Positions 1 to 8,702 of a DNA stretch of 64,000 bases are shown here, in pieces. Every line of letters begins with the position of its first letter. Positions within the stretch are counted from its first letter, which is position 1. Made by a program: the position numbers and the translations under genes. Below the pieces are notes generated by a model. The model ran no database searches. It was not told the origin of the DNA and saw nothing but the letters and a program-made list of their open reading frames with translations. The DNA is taken from contig MZGJ01000006.1 in the NCBI GenBank assembly GCA_002084955.1, forward strand, positions 2,027-66,026, written 5' to 3'. The stretch comes from a candidate division CPR3 bacterium 4484_211. GTDB lineage: Bacteria; Patescibacteriota; 4484-211.

Positions 1-451
1 TTCGTACGGAGGAGAGGACGATAGTGTTTATTTTGTAATACCGCATTGGGAATCAAAGGTGCTATCTCGAACCTCTCAGAAAGTCTTACAGAAAGGAACG
101 TCTTTTATTAGATTTTCGCCCAACTCCAATTACCGCGCGCGGGTTCTGTCGCCTTCACTTTCTAACTCAAATGGGCAAGTTGCCTATGTGGAGGGAGAAG
201 TCAGTAATTGGCAAAAAGGTGATCTGTACCTTTACAATCTTTTAGAAGAATTTGATTTGGCAGATGGTACTAAGTTAACCTCCGATGAGTGCTTTGTCCC
301 AGAAAATATTAGGTGGAGCCCTGATGACAAGCTACTCATTATGACTACACAGAGGCCACATCTAGGCACTTGGATTTACAGTTTAGAAAAGAAAGCTAAG
401 GTAAAAATTAGTGATGAGGCTTACAGGTCTCCCCAATTCTTCCTTAAGTAG
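1..451 (+). CDS. C-terminal part of a beta-propeller (TolB/PD40-like) protein; probably starts upstream of the window
   Basis: Repeated xFSPN / xWSPDD motifs in ORF 59..451; frame appears open toward the window edge. Confidence 0.45.
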   Translation, partial: SYGGEDDSVYFVIPHWESKVLSRTSQKVLQKGTSFIRFSPNSNYRARVLSPSLSNSNGQVAYVEGEVSNWQKGDLYLYNLLEEFDLADGTKLTSDECFVPENIRWSPDDKLLIMTTQRPHLGTWIYSLEKKAKVKISDEAYRSPQFFLK

Positions 452-525
452 TATTGCTTTGTCATTCTCGGTTGTACAAGGTTGCTGGTTGACTTCTTCC
501 CTTTCACGTGTGATTATCTAACTGG

Positions 526-1196
526 ATGGATAGCGGAGAAAGCCCCGTGTCGTTGGGAGAGACGGGGAGCTTCTTGATACAACAAAAGAACGTTTTTCTG
601 CTTATTGTCGTCTCATTGATCCTTGGGTGTCTGCTTGGCTTTTGGGTGGGTGCTCATCAGAGTGGGTCAGAATCCTCGAGCAAGTCGTTCTCATTTGTCC
701 CCACATTCGGTATTTACATGTAGCGAGTCCATTAAATTTCTTGTTTGAGTACCCCTATGGCTGGCATGTGATGTTTTCTATTGAGAAAACGGGAATTCCC
801 GGCAAGCTGACAGAGAGAAGAATTGAAAGTAGATTTGTTATGGATCCTAATCCTTTGACCACCCTTGACTACACGCCTGCAGTTATTGGGCGGGAGATAT
901 TTAGCTCAAAAGAGGAATTGAACGAGGAGACATATCCTGAGTATATTCTTCGGTGGTATGGAGGCAGCGGTGAGTTTCAGGTGCGGGATTTTAGGAAAGC
1001 GAGTTTCTCACTTCAAGAAAACATTGCGGGATTTTGCTACACGTACTACTATTCCGATCCCCTGCATTGGTCTCACGATGTAACCGGTTGCTGTCTTGAC
1101 TTCGAGAAGGCCAGTTCGAGAATGCATTTTTCTTTAAATAATCCTGAATACTTTGCCCAGTTTAAGCACTTCATAGAATCTATAAGGGAGGAGTAG
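526..1196 (+). pseudogene. Membrane-anchored exported protein, apparently frameshifted (ORFs 526..723 and 627..1196)
   Basis: First ORF has an N-terminal TM helix then stops; the second frame carries a PsbP-like FLFEYPYGW motif just after the overlap. Confidence 0.4.
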
Positions 1197-1443
1197 TGAA
1201 ATTTCAGTCTGGTCTGGAAGTCGTAAATTGGTCCTTGATGTTGACTGCTCAGCATTAATCTGAAGCCTGGTGATCCGTACCCTTGCCGAATTTGTGAACC
1301 GCACTTTGCGAGTGCAAAAAATCGCGCGTGTAAAAAATAACTACTTATGATTTAGCAATCATGGTAAAAACTGTCGGCTCGATCAGGTTTTAGACAATTG
1401 CGAGGCGCCATCTCTTTCGGCAAATTTTCAAAAACATCCTATT

Positions 1444-1517
1444 TGGCTGCGGGGCTAGGATTCGAACCTAGATTGGACGGTTCAGAGCCGTCATTCCTAC
1501 CATTAGAAGACCCCGCA
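1444..1517 (-). tRNA. tRNA-Gln(CTG)
   Basis: Reverse complement folds as a cloverleaf: anticodon arm GACGG-CTCTGAA-CCGTC, GGTTCGAATCC T-arm, encoded CCA. Confidence 0.95.
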
Positions 1518-1620
1518 CTGTTTAGCTAATGTATTTCTCAAGATTAATCTTAGTCCTTTTCTTCCCTTGGTGGTCTTGAGGTATTTTTCCCTCCTGCGTG
1601 CGTCTTTTTCCGGGGTGGTT

Positions 1621-1720
1621 GGTTCAGCTCAGAACCAGAATAAATTCGGTTCTGAGCTGCCCAGTACCGATCTTCGATCTGGTACTGGGCAGAGCCGTTC
1701 TTTTCCGAGAAGACCCCGCA
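1621..1720 (-). pseudogene. Degenerate second copy of the tRNA-Gln 5' half, interrupted at the anticodon by two hairpins
   Basis: AGAAGACCCCGCA at 1708-1720 equals 1505-1517; GGTTCAG and CAGAGCCGT match the anticodon arm on either side of two 12-bp stems. Confidence 0.55.
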
Positions 1721-1833
1721 GTGAATAGGTTAATTTTACCATGTCGGACGCAGTTTATTAAAAAACAGCACAAGTTCCAAGCCTTTCCCTCAAAGTGGCT
1801 GAAAGCTTTTCGTTAAGAATTTGTTGGCTTGAG

Positions 1834-1853
1834 ATGATAACCTAGTCTATCAT
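1834..1853. repeat. Single variant copy of palindrome P (ATGATAACCTAGTCTATCAT)
   Basis: 18/20 match to ATGATAGACTAGTCTATCAT. Confidence 0.8.
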
Positions 1854-2128
1854 AAACATAGCCAAACCAGCTTCGAAAAGAGTCAGTCGTTTTGAGAGTC
1901 AATCTTATTAGCAGGATTCTTCGTGTTGGACCTCAAGCTCTCTCTCTTTCTCACCGTTTTTCTTGTTGTTCTCATCCCGCTGTTTCCGATATTTTCCGGT
2001 TGTTTTCTTTGAGTCTTTGGATAACTTCATGTCGGGCATAGTACATCCTAGTGCCTTTAGAAAGGGGACTTGGTAGTTGAGCTGGCTCTGGACGCCGATT
2101 TATTTCTTGCTGTATAATTGCGGCAATT

Positions 2129-2437
2129 ATGGCACCGGTGCAAGCTGTTTCTTTAATCATTTGGATAGGCCTGAGTTTATTAACTGCGTATTTCCTTCAC
2201 AAAAAGTTTGGCCTGTTCCAAAAACCGCGCGGGGCGCTGGTACTTTTAACTGCATTTTTGGTATTCACCGTCCTTCATAATTTGGTTTATGGCTTGTTTA
2301 AGCCCTATTTTGATGCCCGGGGCGCTGACGAGGCGGTCTTTTTTATTCTTTCGTTTATTGCTCTGGGGGCAACTCCCTTTTTGTTATTAATTCAGGTTTT
2401 TCAGCGTGTCCGTGGCCCGGGTGGTGATAAAAGCTAA
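2129..2437 (+). CDS. Small 3-TM membrane protein
   Basis: Three hydrophobic segments; TATAAT shortly upstream; directly precedes serS. Confidence 0.65.
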   Translation: MAPVQAVSLIIWIGLSLLTAYFLHKKFGLFQKPRGALVLLTAFLVFTVLHNLVYGLFKPYFDARGADEAVFFILSFIALGATPFLLLIQVFQRVRGPGGDKS

Positions 2438-2453
2438 ACCTTAAAAAACTTTA

Positions 2454-3713
2454 ATGCTTGATCCCGACTTTATCCGCCAAAATCCAGAAAAGGTGAGACA
2501 GGGCGCAGCCAGCAAAGGGGCTGATCCTTCTTTGGTTGATAAGTGGCTTAAGACTGATGAGGAGCGGCGTAGTTTAATTGGCCAAGTGGATCAGTTGAGG
2601 GCAGAAAGGAATCGTTTTACTAAAGAACTGCAGGCGGGGGAAACAGCCCCGTCAGAGAAGAAATTGAGCAGGGGAAGGGAATTAAAAGAAAAAATCCGGA
2701 TATTGGAGAACCGATTGGCGTTGGTTTCTGGAGAGTGGGAAAGGCTTTTGCGGGATATTCCCGCTCTGCCGGAAGAAGATGTTCCGGCGGGAAAAGATGA
2801 AACTGAGAATGTGGTCGTTCGTAAGTGGGGAAGTCCGACTCGGTTTAATTTTAAACCTCGCGACCATCTTGAGCTTGGTGAAAGGCTGGGGCTGATTGAT
2901 GTTAAACGGGCGGGCAAGGTTTCCGGTTCGCGGTTTGGCTATCTCACCGGTGATTTGGTTCTTTTAGAGTTTGCCCTAATGCAGTTCGGACTGGAAGTAA
3001 CAACCGGGGAAGGTTTTATTCCCGTTCTTCCTCCGGTGATGATTAAGAAGGAAATGGAGGCGGGTCTGGGCTACGGCGAGCATGGCGGTTGGGAGGATAT
3101 GTATATTTTGGACAAGGATAATCTGGTCCTGGTTGCCACCGCCGAGCATTCATTGGTCGCTCGGTACGCCGAGGAGACTTTTGATGAAAAGCTGCTGCCT
3201 CGGCGTTATGTGGGTTTTTCTACCTGCTTCCGGCGGGAGGCGGGCAGTTATGGCAAGGATACTCGGGGAATTTTGCGGCTGCATCAGTTTAATAAGTTGG
3301 AGATGGTTTCTTTTACTAGACCTGAAGACTCGCGTCGGGAGCACAAGTATCTAATTGAAATTGAGGAGAAGTTAATGCGGGCACTGCAGATTCCTTATCG
3401 AGTGGTAAAAATGTGCACCGGCGACTTGGGTCATCCGGCCGCCAGCAAATTTGATATTGAAGCTTGGATGCCGGGTCAGAATAAATACCGAGAGACTCAT
3501 TCCTGCAGTAATTGCACTGATTATCAGTCCCGTCGCTTAAATATAAGATTCCGCCGGCAGGGGGGAAGTGAATATGTGCACATTCTAAATGGTACAGTTT
3601 TTTCTGAACGGCCGTTAATTGCCGTTTTAGAAAACTATCAGCAGGAAGACGGATCGGTGGTTATACCGGAGGTGCTAAGGAGATGGGTTGGCAAAGATAA
3701 AATAATGGGTTAA
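2454..3713 (+). CDS. serS: Serine--tRNA ligase
   Basis: N-terminal coiled-coil arm, motif 2 FRREAGSYGKDTRGILRLHQF, SCSNCTDYQSRR, HILNGT. Confidence 0.98.
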   Translation: MLDPDFIRQNPEKVRQGAASKGADPSLVDKWLKTDEERRSLIGQVDQLRAERNRFTKELQAGETAPSEKKLSRGRELKEKIRILENRLALVSGEWERLLRDIPALPEEDVPAGKDETENVVVRKWGSPTRFNFKPRDHLELGERLGLIDVKRAGKVSGSRFGYLTGDLVLLEFALMQFGLEVTTGEGFIPVLPPVMIKKEMEAGLGYGEHGGWEDMYILDKDNLVLVATAEHSLVARYAEETFDEKLLPRRYVGFSTCFRREAGSYGKDTRGILRLHQFNKLEMVSFTRPEDSRREHKYLIEIEEKLMRALQIPYRVVKMCTGDLGHPAASKFDIEAWMPGQNKYRETHSCSNCTDYQSRRLNIRFRRQGGSEYVHILNGTVFSERPLIAVLENYQQEDGSVVIPEVLRRWVGKDKIMG

Positions 3714-3721
3714 AATTTGGC

Positions 3722-4300
3722 ATGATTTTACCAACTCCCAAGATAGAAAAAGCAGTAAGAAAAGCCGCCTTTTTGCATCGGGGTCAAACGCGCAAAGACG
3801 ACGAGCGCACTCCTTATGTAATGCACCCTTTTTGTGTGGCTCTAATTTTAATCAACTACACCGATAACGAGGATGTGATTGCCGCCGGGCTTCTTCACGA
3901 TACCGTGGAAGACAATCATTCCTATTCGTTAAAAGAATTGGACCGGGATTTTGGGGTAGGTGTTTATCGCATCGTAGAAGAGGTTACGCTTGTTTTTAAA
4001 AATAAAACTCGGGAAAATTGGCTGGAGAGGAAGAAATTGTATCTTAGGCATCTTGATCAAGCTTCTATAGAGGGTCTCATGGTCTGTGCCGCCGACAAGC
4101 TTCATGATATGAGAACAACGATTTTTGCCTACCGCCGGCAGGGCGATAAATTATGGAGGAAATTTCGGGGCACTCCTCAACAAAAGAGCTGGTTTTATCA
4201 GGAAATTTATGAAATTTTAAAAAAACGTCTTAATAACCCTATTGTTGATGAGTACAGGCGGACATTAGCCGCATGGAAAAAGATCTCCTCTCAATACTAG
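3722..4300 (+). CDS. HD-domain small alarmone hydrolase-like protein (Mesh1/SAH)
   Basis: HRGQTRK..PYVMHP, AAGLLHDTVED, ADKLH motifs. Confidence 0.85.
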   Translation: MILPTPKIEKAVRKAAFLHRGQTRKDDERTPYVMHPFCVALILINYTDNEDVIAAGLLHDTVEDNHSYSLKELDRDFGVGVYRIVEEVTLVFKNKTRENWLERKKLYLRHLDQASIEGLMVCAADKLHDMRTTIFAYRRQGDKLWRKFRGTPQQKSWFYQEIYEILKKRLNNPIVDEYRRTLAAWKKISSQY

Positions 4301-4417
4301 CTCTACAGTGGAGCCGGTTTCTACTTGGCCGCTTCCCTTTGGCTTTGGGATAAAAATTGAATTTTTCAATCCCCTCTTAATATGGCTGAATCCTTTTTTT
4401 AATTAGGGCGCTCTTTT

Positions 4418-4945
4418 TTATTGATCGGGCAGGACGCCCAAAGAGTCATTAAAGCGGTTAATAAAATTGAACAAACCAACGACACTGCTTATTTCCACGA
4501 TCTGCTCGTCAGCGTAGTATTCTTTCATCTTCTCCATTATCTTTGGATCGATATTATAGGCATGTTTGGTGGAAGCAATCGCGTACTCAAGAGCGATTTT
4601 TTCCTTTTCAGAGAGGCTCTGCGACTCAATGTCTTCTATTTCTTCATTACTCAAGCCAAACATTTTTAATTGCTGTTTGGCTACCGAGACGCAAAACTCA
4701 CACTTGTTTAGGTCTGATATCTTCAAGGCAATTCTCCATTTTAATAATTTATCCACAGGAGCATCATCCATAATAGCCTTAAACATAGTAAAAAAACCGA
4801 TTAAGACATCCTCGCAGTTTGCCATCACCCGCATCCATTTGGGCACTTTGCCGGTGGCTTTTTTCATCTGCTCGAATAAGGCTCTAGCCTGGCCCTTAAC
4901 CTCATCATCAGTTACCAAATGGACAAGTGGAGGGATTGATGCCAT
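4418..4945 (-). CDS. AhpD/carboxymuconolactone decarboxylase family protein
   Basis: ISDLNKCEFC CxxC motif; EQIVEI...FNFINRFNDSLG C-terminus. Confidence 0.85.
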   Translation of the reverse strand: MASIPPLVHLVTDDEVKGQARALFEQMKKATGKVPKWMRVMANCEDVLIGFFTMFKAIMDDAPVDKLLKWRIALKISDLNKCEFCVSVAKQQLKMFGLSNEEIEDIESQSLSEKEKIALEYAIASTKHAYNIDPKIMEKMKEYYADEQIVEISSVVGLFNFINRFNDSLGVLPDQ

Positions 4946-4962
4946 CTTGTTATAATGATAGC

Positions 4963-5676
4963 ATGTTGAGTATTAAAAATCTATCGGTAAAAGTAAATGG
5001 AAAAAAAATACTGCGGGGTATTGATCTGGAGATTAGAAAGGGAGAAACTCACGCTCTGTTGGGACCGAATGCTTCGGGGAAGACGACATTGGCTCAGGCT
5101 ATAATGGGATTTCCGGGTTATGCCGTTGCCTCCGGGGAAATATGCTTTGGGGGAAAAGACATTGCCAGCTTAGCTATAGAAGAAAGAGTAAAGCTAGGGA
5201 TAGCTTTGGCTTTTCAACATCCACCAGCTGTTAAGGGAGTAACTCTGTCTAACCTCTTGGGGAAGATCTCGAAAAGGACGGTTAAAACAGAAGAATTTAT
5301 TGCCAACCCTAAACTTTTGGGAAGGGAGATTAATGTTGGCTTTTCCGGCGGAGAGAGAAAGCTTTCAGAAATAATGCAAATAGTCGGCTTAAGCCCGAAG
5401 CTGGTTGTTTTTGATGAGTTGGACGCCGGATTGGACCTGAAGAATCTTGCCAAGTTGGCAAGGATTATAAAGGGCAAGCTGCTTGAAAACGGTGTTTCTC
5501 TTCTCCTGATTACTCACCGGGGTGAAATTCTTAGATTTTTAGAACCTGATATTGTTCATGTGATGCTGGATGGAAAAATTATCTGTTCTTCAGACGATTG
5601 GAGAAAAGTCTGGCGGACAATTGGGAAATTTGGTTATGAAAAATGCAAGGAATGTGAATTTTCTTCAGGTCGATAA
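4963..5676 (+). CDS. sufC: SufC/SmsC-like Fe-S assembly ABC ATPase
   Basis: GPNASGKTT, LAFQHPP, NVGFSGGERK, DELDAGLD; C-terminal CKEC; start taken at ATG 4963. Confidence 0.9.
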   Translation: MLSIKNLSVKVNGKKILRGIDLEIRKGETHALLGPNASGKTTLAQAIMGFPGYAVASGEICFGGKDIASLAIEERVKLGIALAFQHPPAVKGVTLSNLLGKISKRTVKTEEFIANPKLLGREINVGFSGGERKLSEIMQIVGLSPKLVVFDELDAGLDLKNLAKLARIIKGKLLENGVSLLLITHRGEILRFLEPDIVHVMLDGKIICSSDDWRKVWRTIGKFGYEKCKECEFSSGR

Positions 5677-6592
5677 TAGAAGCCCTCAGCTGATTACAAA
5701 GCCGGAGGTAGTAATCCTGCCAAGCGCCGAAGCCTTCGCAGAGCTGGAATGGGTAAGGAGGCATTTTAGGCGAAGGCCTCAAGAGGGTTATTTTATTTGG
5801 GTAAAGGAACAAATAGATTGTCCGTTGACGACCTGCATTACTCTTTCTTCACCAAATGTTTTCCAGAAACCGATAAATCTAATCGTAGTTGAGAAAGATG
5901 TGGAGGCTGAAATACACGGAGTCTGTAATGCAATTAAAGAGAATTTATGCGGGGTACACAGTGGATATTCAAAGGTAATCTTGAAGGAAAATTCTAAGCT
6001 GAAGCTAAGACATTTTCATAACTGGGGGAGGAGGGATGAAATTAGTTCAAGTTTGGATTTTATCCTGGGGAAAGAAGCGAAATTATCTTATGCCTATAAG
6101 TGTTTGAAGACGCCGATGAAATTAAAAACGAAAAGCAATATCCACCTGGAAGAAAATTCCTCAGCCAGCTTAACGGTATCTGTTTTGGCCAAGAACAGTA
6201 AAATTGATATGCACGATTTTGCTTTTTTGGACGGAGAAAGATCTACCGGTATTTTAAGAATAAGAATGGTTGGCGGTACAAACTCTAAAATTGTCGCTCA
6301 CAGCAGAATGATTGCCAGCGCCGCCGGCACGGGACATGTGGATTGTATGGGCCTGTTGACGGCTGATGATTCAATCATTAACGCCGTACCAGAACTGATA
6401 AACAAAAATAAAAAAGCTTCTCTTACTCATGAGGCCTCGGTGGGCAGGATCTCAGAAGAGAACTTGAATTATTTGAGAAGCAGGGGCTTAACAGAAAACG
6501 AGGCGATTGATTTAATTGTGGCAGGTTTCCTGGGTGAGGAAGATCCGCTTATTGTCAAGGGACGTGTTATCTCGTCAGAGCCTTACATGTAG
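5636..6592 (+). CDS. SufB/SufD family (SmsB-like) Fe-S scaffold protein
   Basis: GHVDCMGLL, AVPEL, LTHEASVGRI..YLRSRGLTENEAIDLIVAGFL; overlaps the end of sufC. Confidence 0.9.
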   Translation: MKNARNVNFLQVDNRSPQLITKPEVVILPSAEAFAELEWVRRHFRRRPQEGYFIWVKEQIDCPLTTCITLSSPNVFQKPINLIVVEKDVEAEIHGVCNAIKENLCGVHSGYSKVILKENSKLKLRHFHNWGRRDEISSSLDFILGKEAKLSYAYKCLKTPMKLKTKSNIHLEENSSASLTVSVLAKNSKIDMHDFAFLDGERSTGILRIRMVGGTNSKIVAHSRMIASAAGTGHVDCMGLLTADDSIINAVPELINKNKKASLTHEASVGRISEENLNYLRSRGLTENEAIDLIVAGFLGEEDPLIVKGRVISSEPYM

Positions 6593-6654
6593 GCCTCAAG
6601 GGCTTGCCGCTTGAATACCGCGGGTTAGTTGCCGGGCGAAAAGGTGAGAAAGTA

Positions 6655-6810
6655 TTAGTTCAAATAACCAAACCTTTCCCGTGTTTAAAATTTAGGAAAT
6701 TGTCGTTTGGGCATTGTTTGAAATTTGTTATGGTGGAACCTGCAAGAAAAATACATCCGCTTCCGGGGCGGGGGCGCTTCACGGTCAAATCTGGAAGTTA
6801 TATCCCGGCC
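6655..6810. repeat. Mosaic intergenic repeat: heptamer element + IS608-like end + MITE terminus
   Basis: Similar to 16770-16830, to the reverse complement of 21595-21666, and to 54532-54620. Confidence 0.65.
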
Positions 6811-6927
6811 GCATTCCGGTTGTGGTATTATTTATTCACCCGTGAATCTGAAAGCCGCCGCTTCCGGGGCGGCGGGGTTTCGCGGCTTAATTGGTTCGAC
6901 GGTGATTGCCGCCGACAGTTTTGTTAA

Positions 6928-7842
6928 ATGGAAAAAGCGATTATTATTGGTGCAGGGCCGGCAGGTTTAACGGCGGCCATATATTTGTCCCGTGACGGAT
7001 TTAATCCTTTGGTTATTACCGGCGCTGAGCCGGGGGGGCAGTTGATGTTTACCACCAAGGTGGAAAATTATCCGGGTTTTGATCAGGGGATTAAAGGACC
7101 GGAGCTGATGCGGAGTGTGATTAGGCAGGCTCAGCGGTTTGGAGCGAGGTTGGTAAACGAAGAAGTTGAAGGCGTTGAGTTTTTAGATGGCCCGCCTTTT
7201 AAAATAAAGACTGGTCAGCGGGTTTATGAAGCGCAGGGAGTTATTGTGGCTACCGGATCTAAACCTCGACTGCTGGGTTTGGAGTCGGAGAAAAGGCTTT
7301 TGGGCCGAGGTGTGTCTGTTTGTGCTGTTTGTGACGGCGCTTTTTTTAAAAACAAGAAAGTGGCGGTGGTGGGCGGGGGGGATTCGGCTATGGAAGAGGC
7401 TTTGGTCCTAAGTAGATTTGCCGCCAAAATTTACCTTATTCACCGGCGTGATGAGTTTCGAGCTAGTAAAGTTATGGTTGATCGCGCTTTAAGCAGTGAG
7501 AAGATAGAGGTGGTTTACAACTCTGAAGTTAAAGAGGTTTTGGGTGATAATCAGGTTGCGGGGGTAAGAATTTTTAACAATAAGACCCGAGTTGAAAGTA
7601 CATTGGGAGTCAGTGGCGTGTTTCTGGCGCTTGGGCGTATCCCGGCCACTGATATTTTTAAAGGTCAGCTGGAAATGGATGAAAAGGGCTATCTATTGGT
7701 TAGGCAGGGAAGACAGTCTAGTGTTCCCGGCGTGTTTGTGGCCGGAGATGTGGGAGACTGTCGGTATCGTCAGGCTGTTGTCGCTGCCGGCCAGGGATGC
7801 ATGTCGGCCCTAGAGCTGGAGAGGTTTTTAAAGGAATCATGA
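6928..7842 (+). CDS. trxB: Thioredoxin-disulfide reductase
   Basis: GAGPAG, CAVCDG, GGGDSAMEE, HRRDEFRA, YRQAVVAAG. Confidence 0.97.
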   Translation: MEKAIIIGAGPAGLTAAIYLSRDGFNPLVITGAEPGGQLMFTTKVENYPGFDQGIKGPELMRSVIRQAQRFGARLVNEEVEGVEFLDGPPFKIKTGQRVYEAQGVIVATGSKPRLLGLESEKRLLGRGVSVCAVCDGAFFKNKKVAVVGGGDSAMEEALVLSRFAAKIYLIHRRDEFRASKVMVDRALSSEKIEVVYNSEVKEVLGDNQVAGVRIFNNKTRVESTLGVSGVFLALGRIPATDIFKGQLEMDEKGYLLVRQGRQSSVPGVFVAGDVGDCRYRQAVVAAGQGCMSALELERFLKES

Positions 7843-8354
7843 GCGGCATTTTAGATCAAGTCCTGCATTTGGATGTGGCGGTTTTTCAATTTCTTTATTC
7901 TTTCCCCCATTGGTTGTTTTTAAATTGGGTGATGTCCTTTTTTAGCGCCCTGGGTTCGGCAGGCCTAGTTTGGGTTCTTATTAGTGCCATTGCTGTTTGG
8001 CCTAAAAAGGATTTTCGTCTCTTCCTTAGATTAATGGCCGTCTTGGGGATAGTTTTTTTTTCGGTGCTTGTCTTAAAGCAGGCTTTTCACCGCCCCCGGC
8101 CGTTTAACGGCGGTTTCTCTTTTCCTTCCGGTCATGCGGCCGGCTCGTTTGCCATGTCGGCAGTTTTGTCGTCAATTAAGAAGAAATGGCGGCGGTCGCT
8201 TTTGATTTTGGCGGTGATCGTCAGCTACTCGCGCGTTTATCTGGGCCGTCATTACCCTCTAGATGTGATCGCCGGCAGCCTGATGGGTATTGGATTGGGA
8301 TTAGCATTCAGCCGTATATTGGTTCAAAACAAGGAAAATTGGTTACCGGATTAA
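7839..8354 (+). CDS. PAP2 family membrane phosphatase
   Basis: KxxxHRPRP, SFPSGH, SRVYLGRHYPLDV; ATGA overlap with trxB. Confidence 0.92.
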   Translation: MSGILDQVLHLDVAVFQFLYSFPHWLFLNWVMSFFSALGSAGLVWVLISAIAVWPKKDFRLFLRLMAVLGIVFFSVLVLKQAFHRPRPFNGGFSFPSGHAAGSFAMSAVLSSIKKKWRRSLLILAVIVSYSRVYLGRHYPLDVIAGSLMGIGLGLAFSRILVQNKENWLPD

Positions 8355-8360
8355 CATATC

Positions 8361-8389
8361 TTGCCAGAAATTCTTTGGCGTGGTACGAT
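8361..8389 (+). promoter_or_regulatory. sigma70 promoter of trxA, probably leaderless
   Basis: TTGCCA-17bp-TACGAT with TG extension; ATG 6 nt after the -10. Confidence 0.7.
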
Positions 8390-8395
8390 AGCCGC

Positions 8396-8668
8396 ATGAT
8401 TACCTTAATTGATTTTTATGCCGATTGGTGCCCGCCCTGCCAGATGATGGGGCCGGTTTTGGAGGAAGTTGAAAGGGAGTTGAATGGAGAAATAGAGTTT
8501 AGAAAGGTAAATGTTGACGAAGAACGTGACTTGGCCCAGAAGTTTATGGTTATGGGAATTCCTACCTTTGTGATTATGAAGGATGGGCAGGAATTAGACC
8601 GGCGATCAGGTGCCATACCCAAAGAAGAGTTTAAAAAGTGGATTAAAGGATATCTTGAAAGAGAGTAA
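8396..8668 (+). CDS. trxA: Thioredoxin
   Basis: DFYADWCPPC, KVNVDE, VMGIPT; start taken at ATG 8396. Confidence 0.93.
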   Translation: MITLIDFYADWCPPCQMMGPVLEEVERELNGEIEFRKVNVDEERDLAQKFMVMGIPTFVIMKDGQELDRRSGAIPKEEFKKWIKGYLERE

Positions 8669-8702
8669 GGGGCGAGGCGGGGCTATTTATCTCTAATTTT
8701 TT

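Noticed and set aside
6604-6970. ORFs 6604..6927 and 6725..6970, likewise 16521..16879, 34066..34439, 54289..54594 and 55743..55991
   Set aside because: They are translations of the intergenic repeat modules with no protein motifs.
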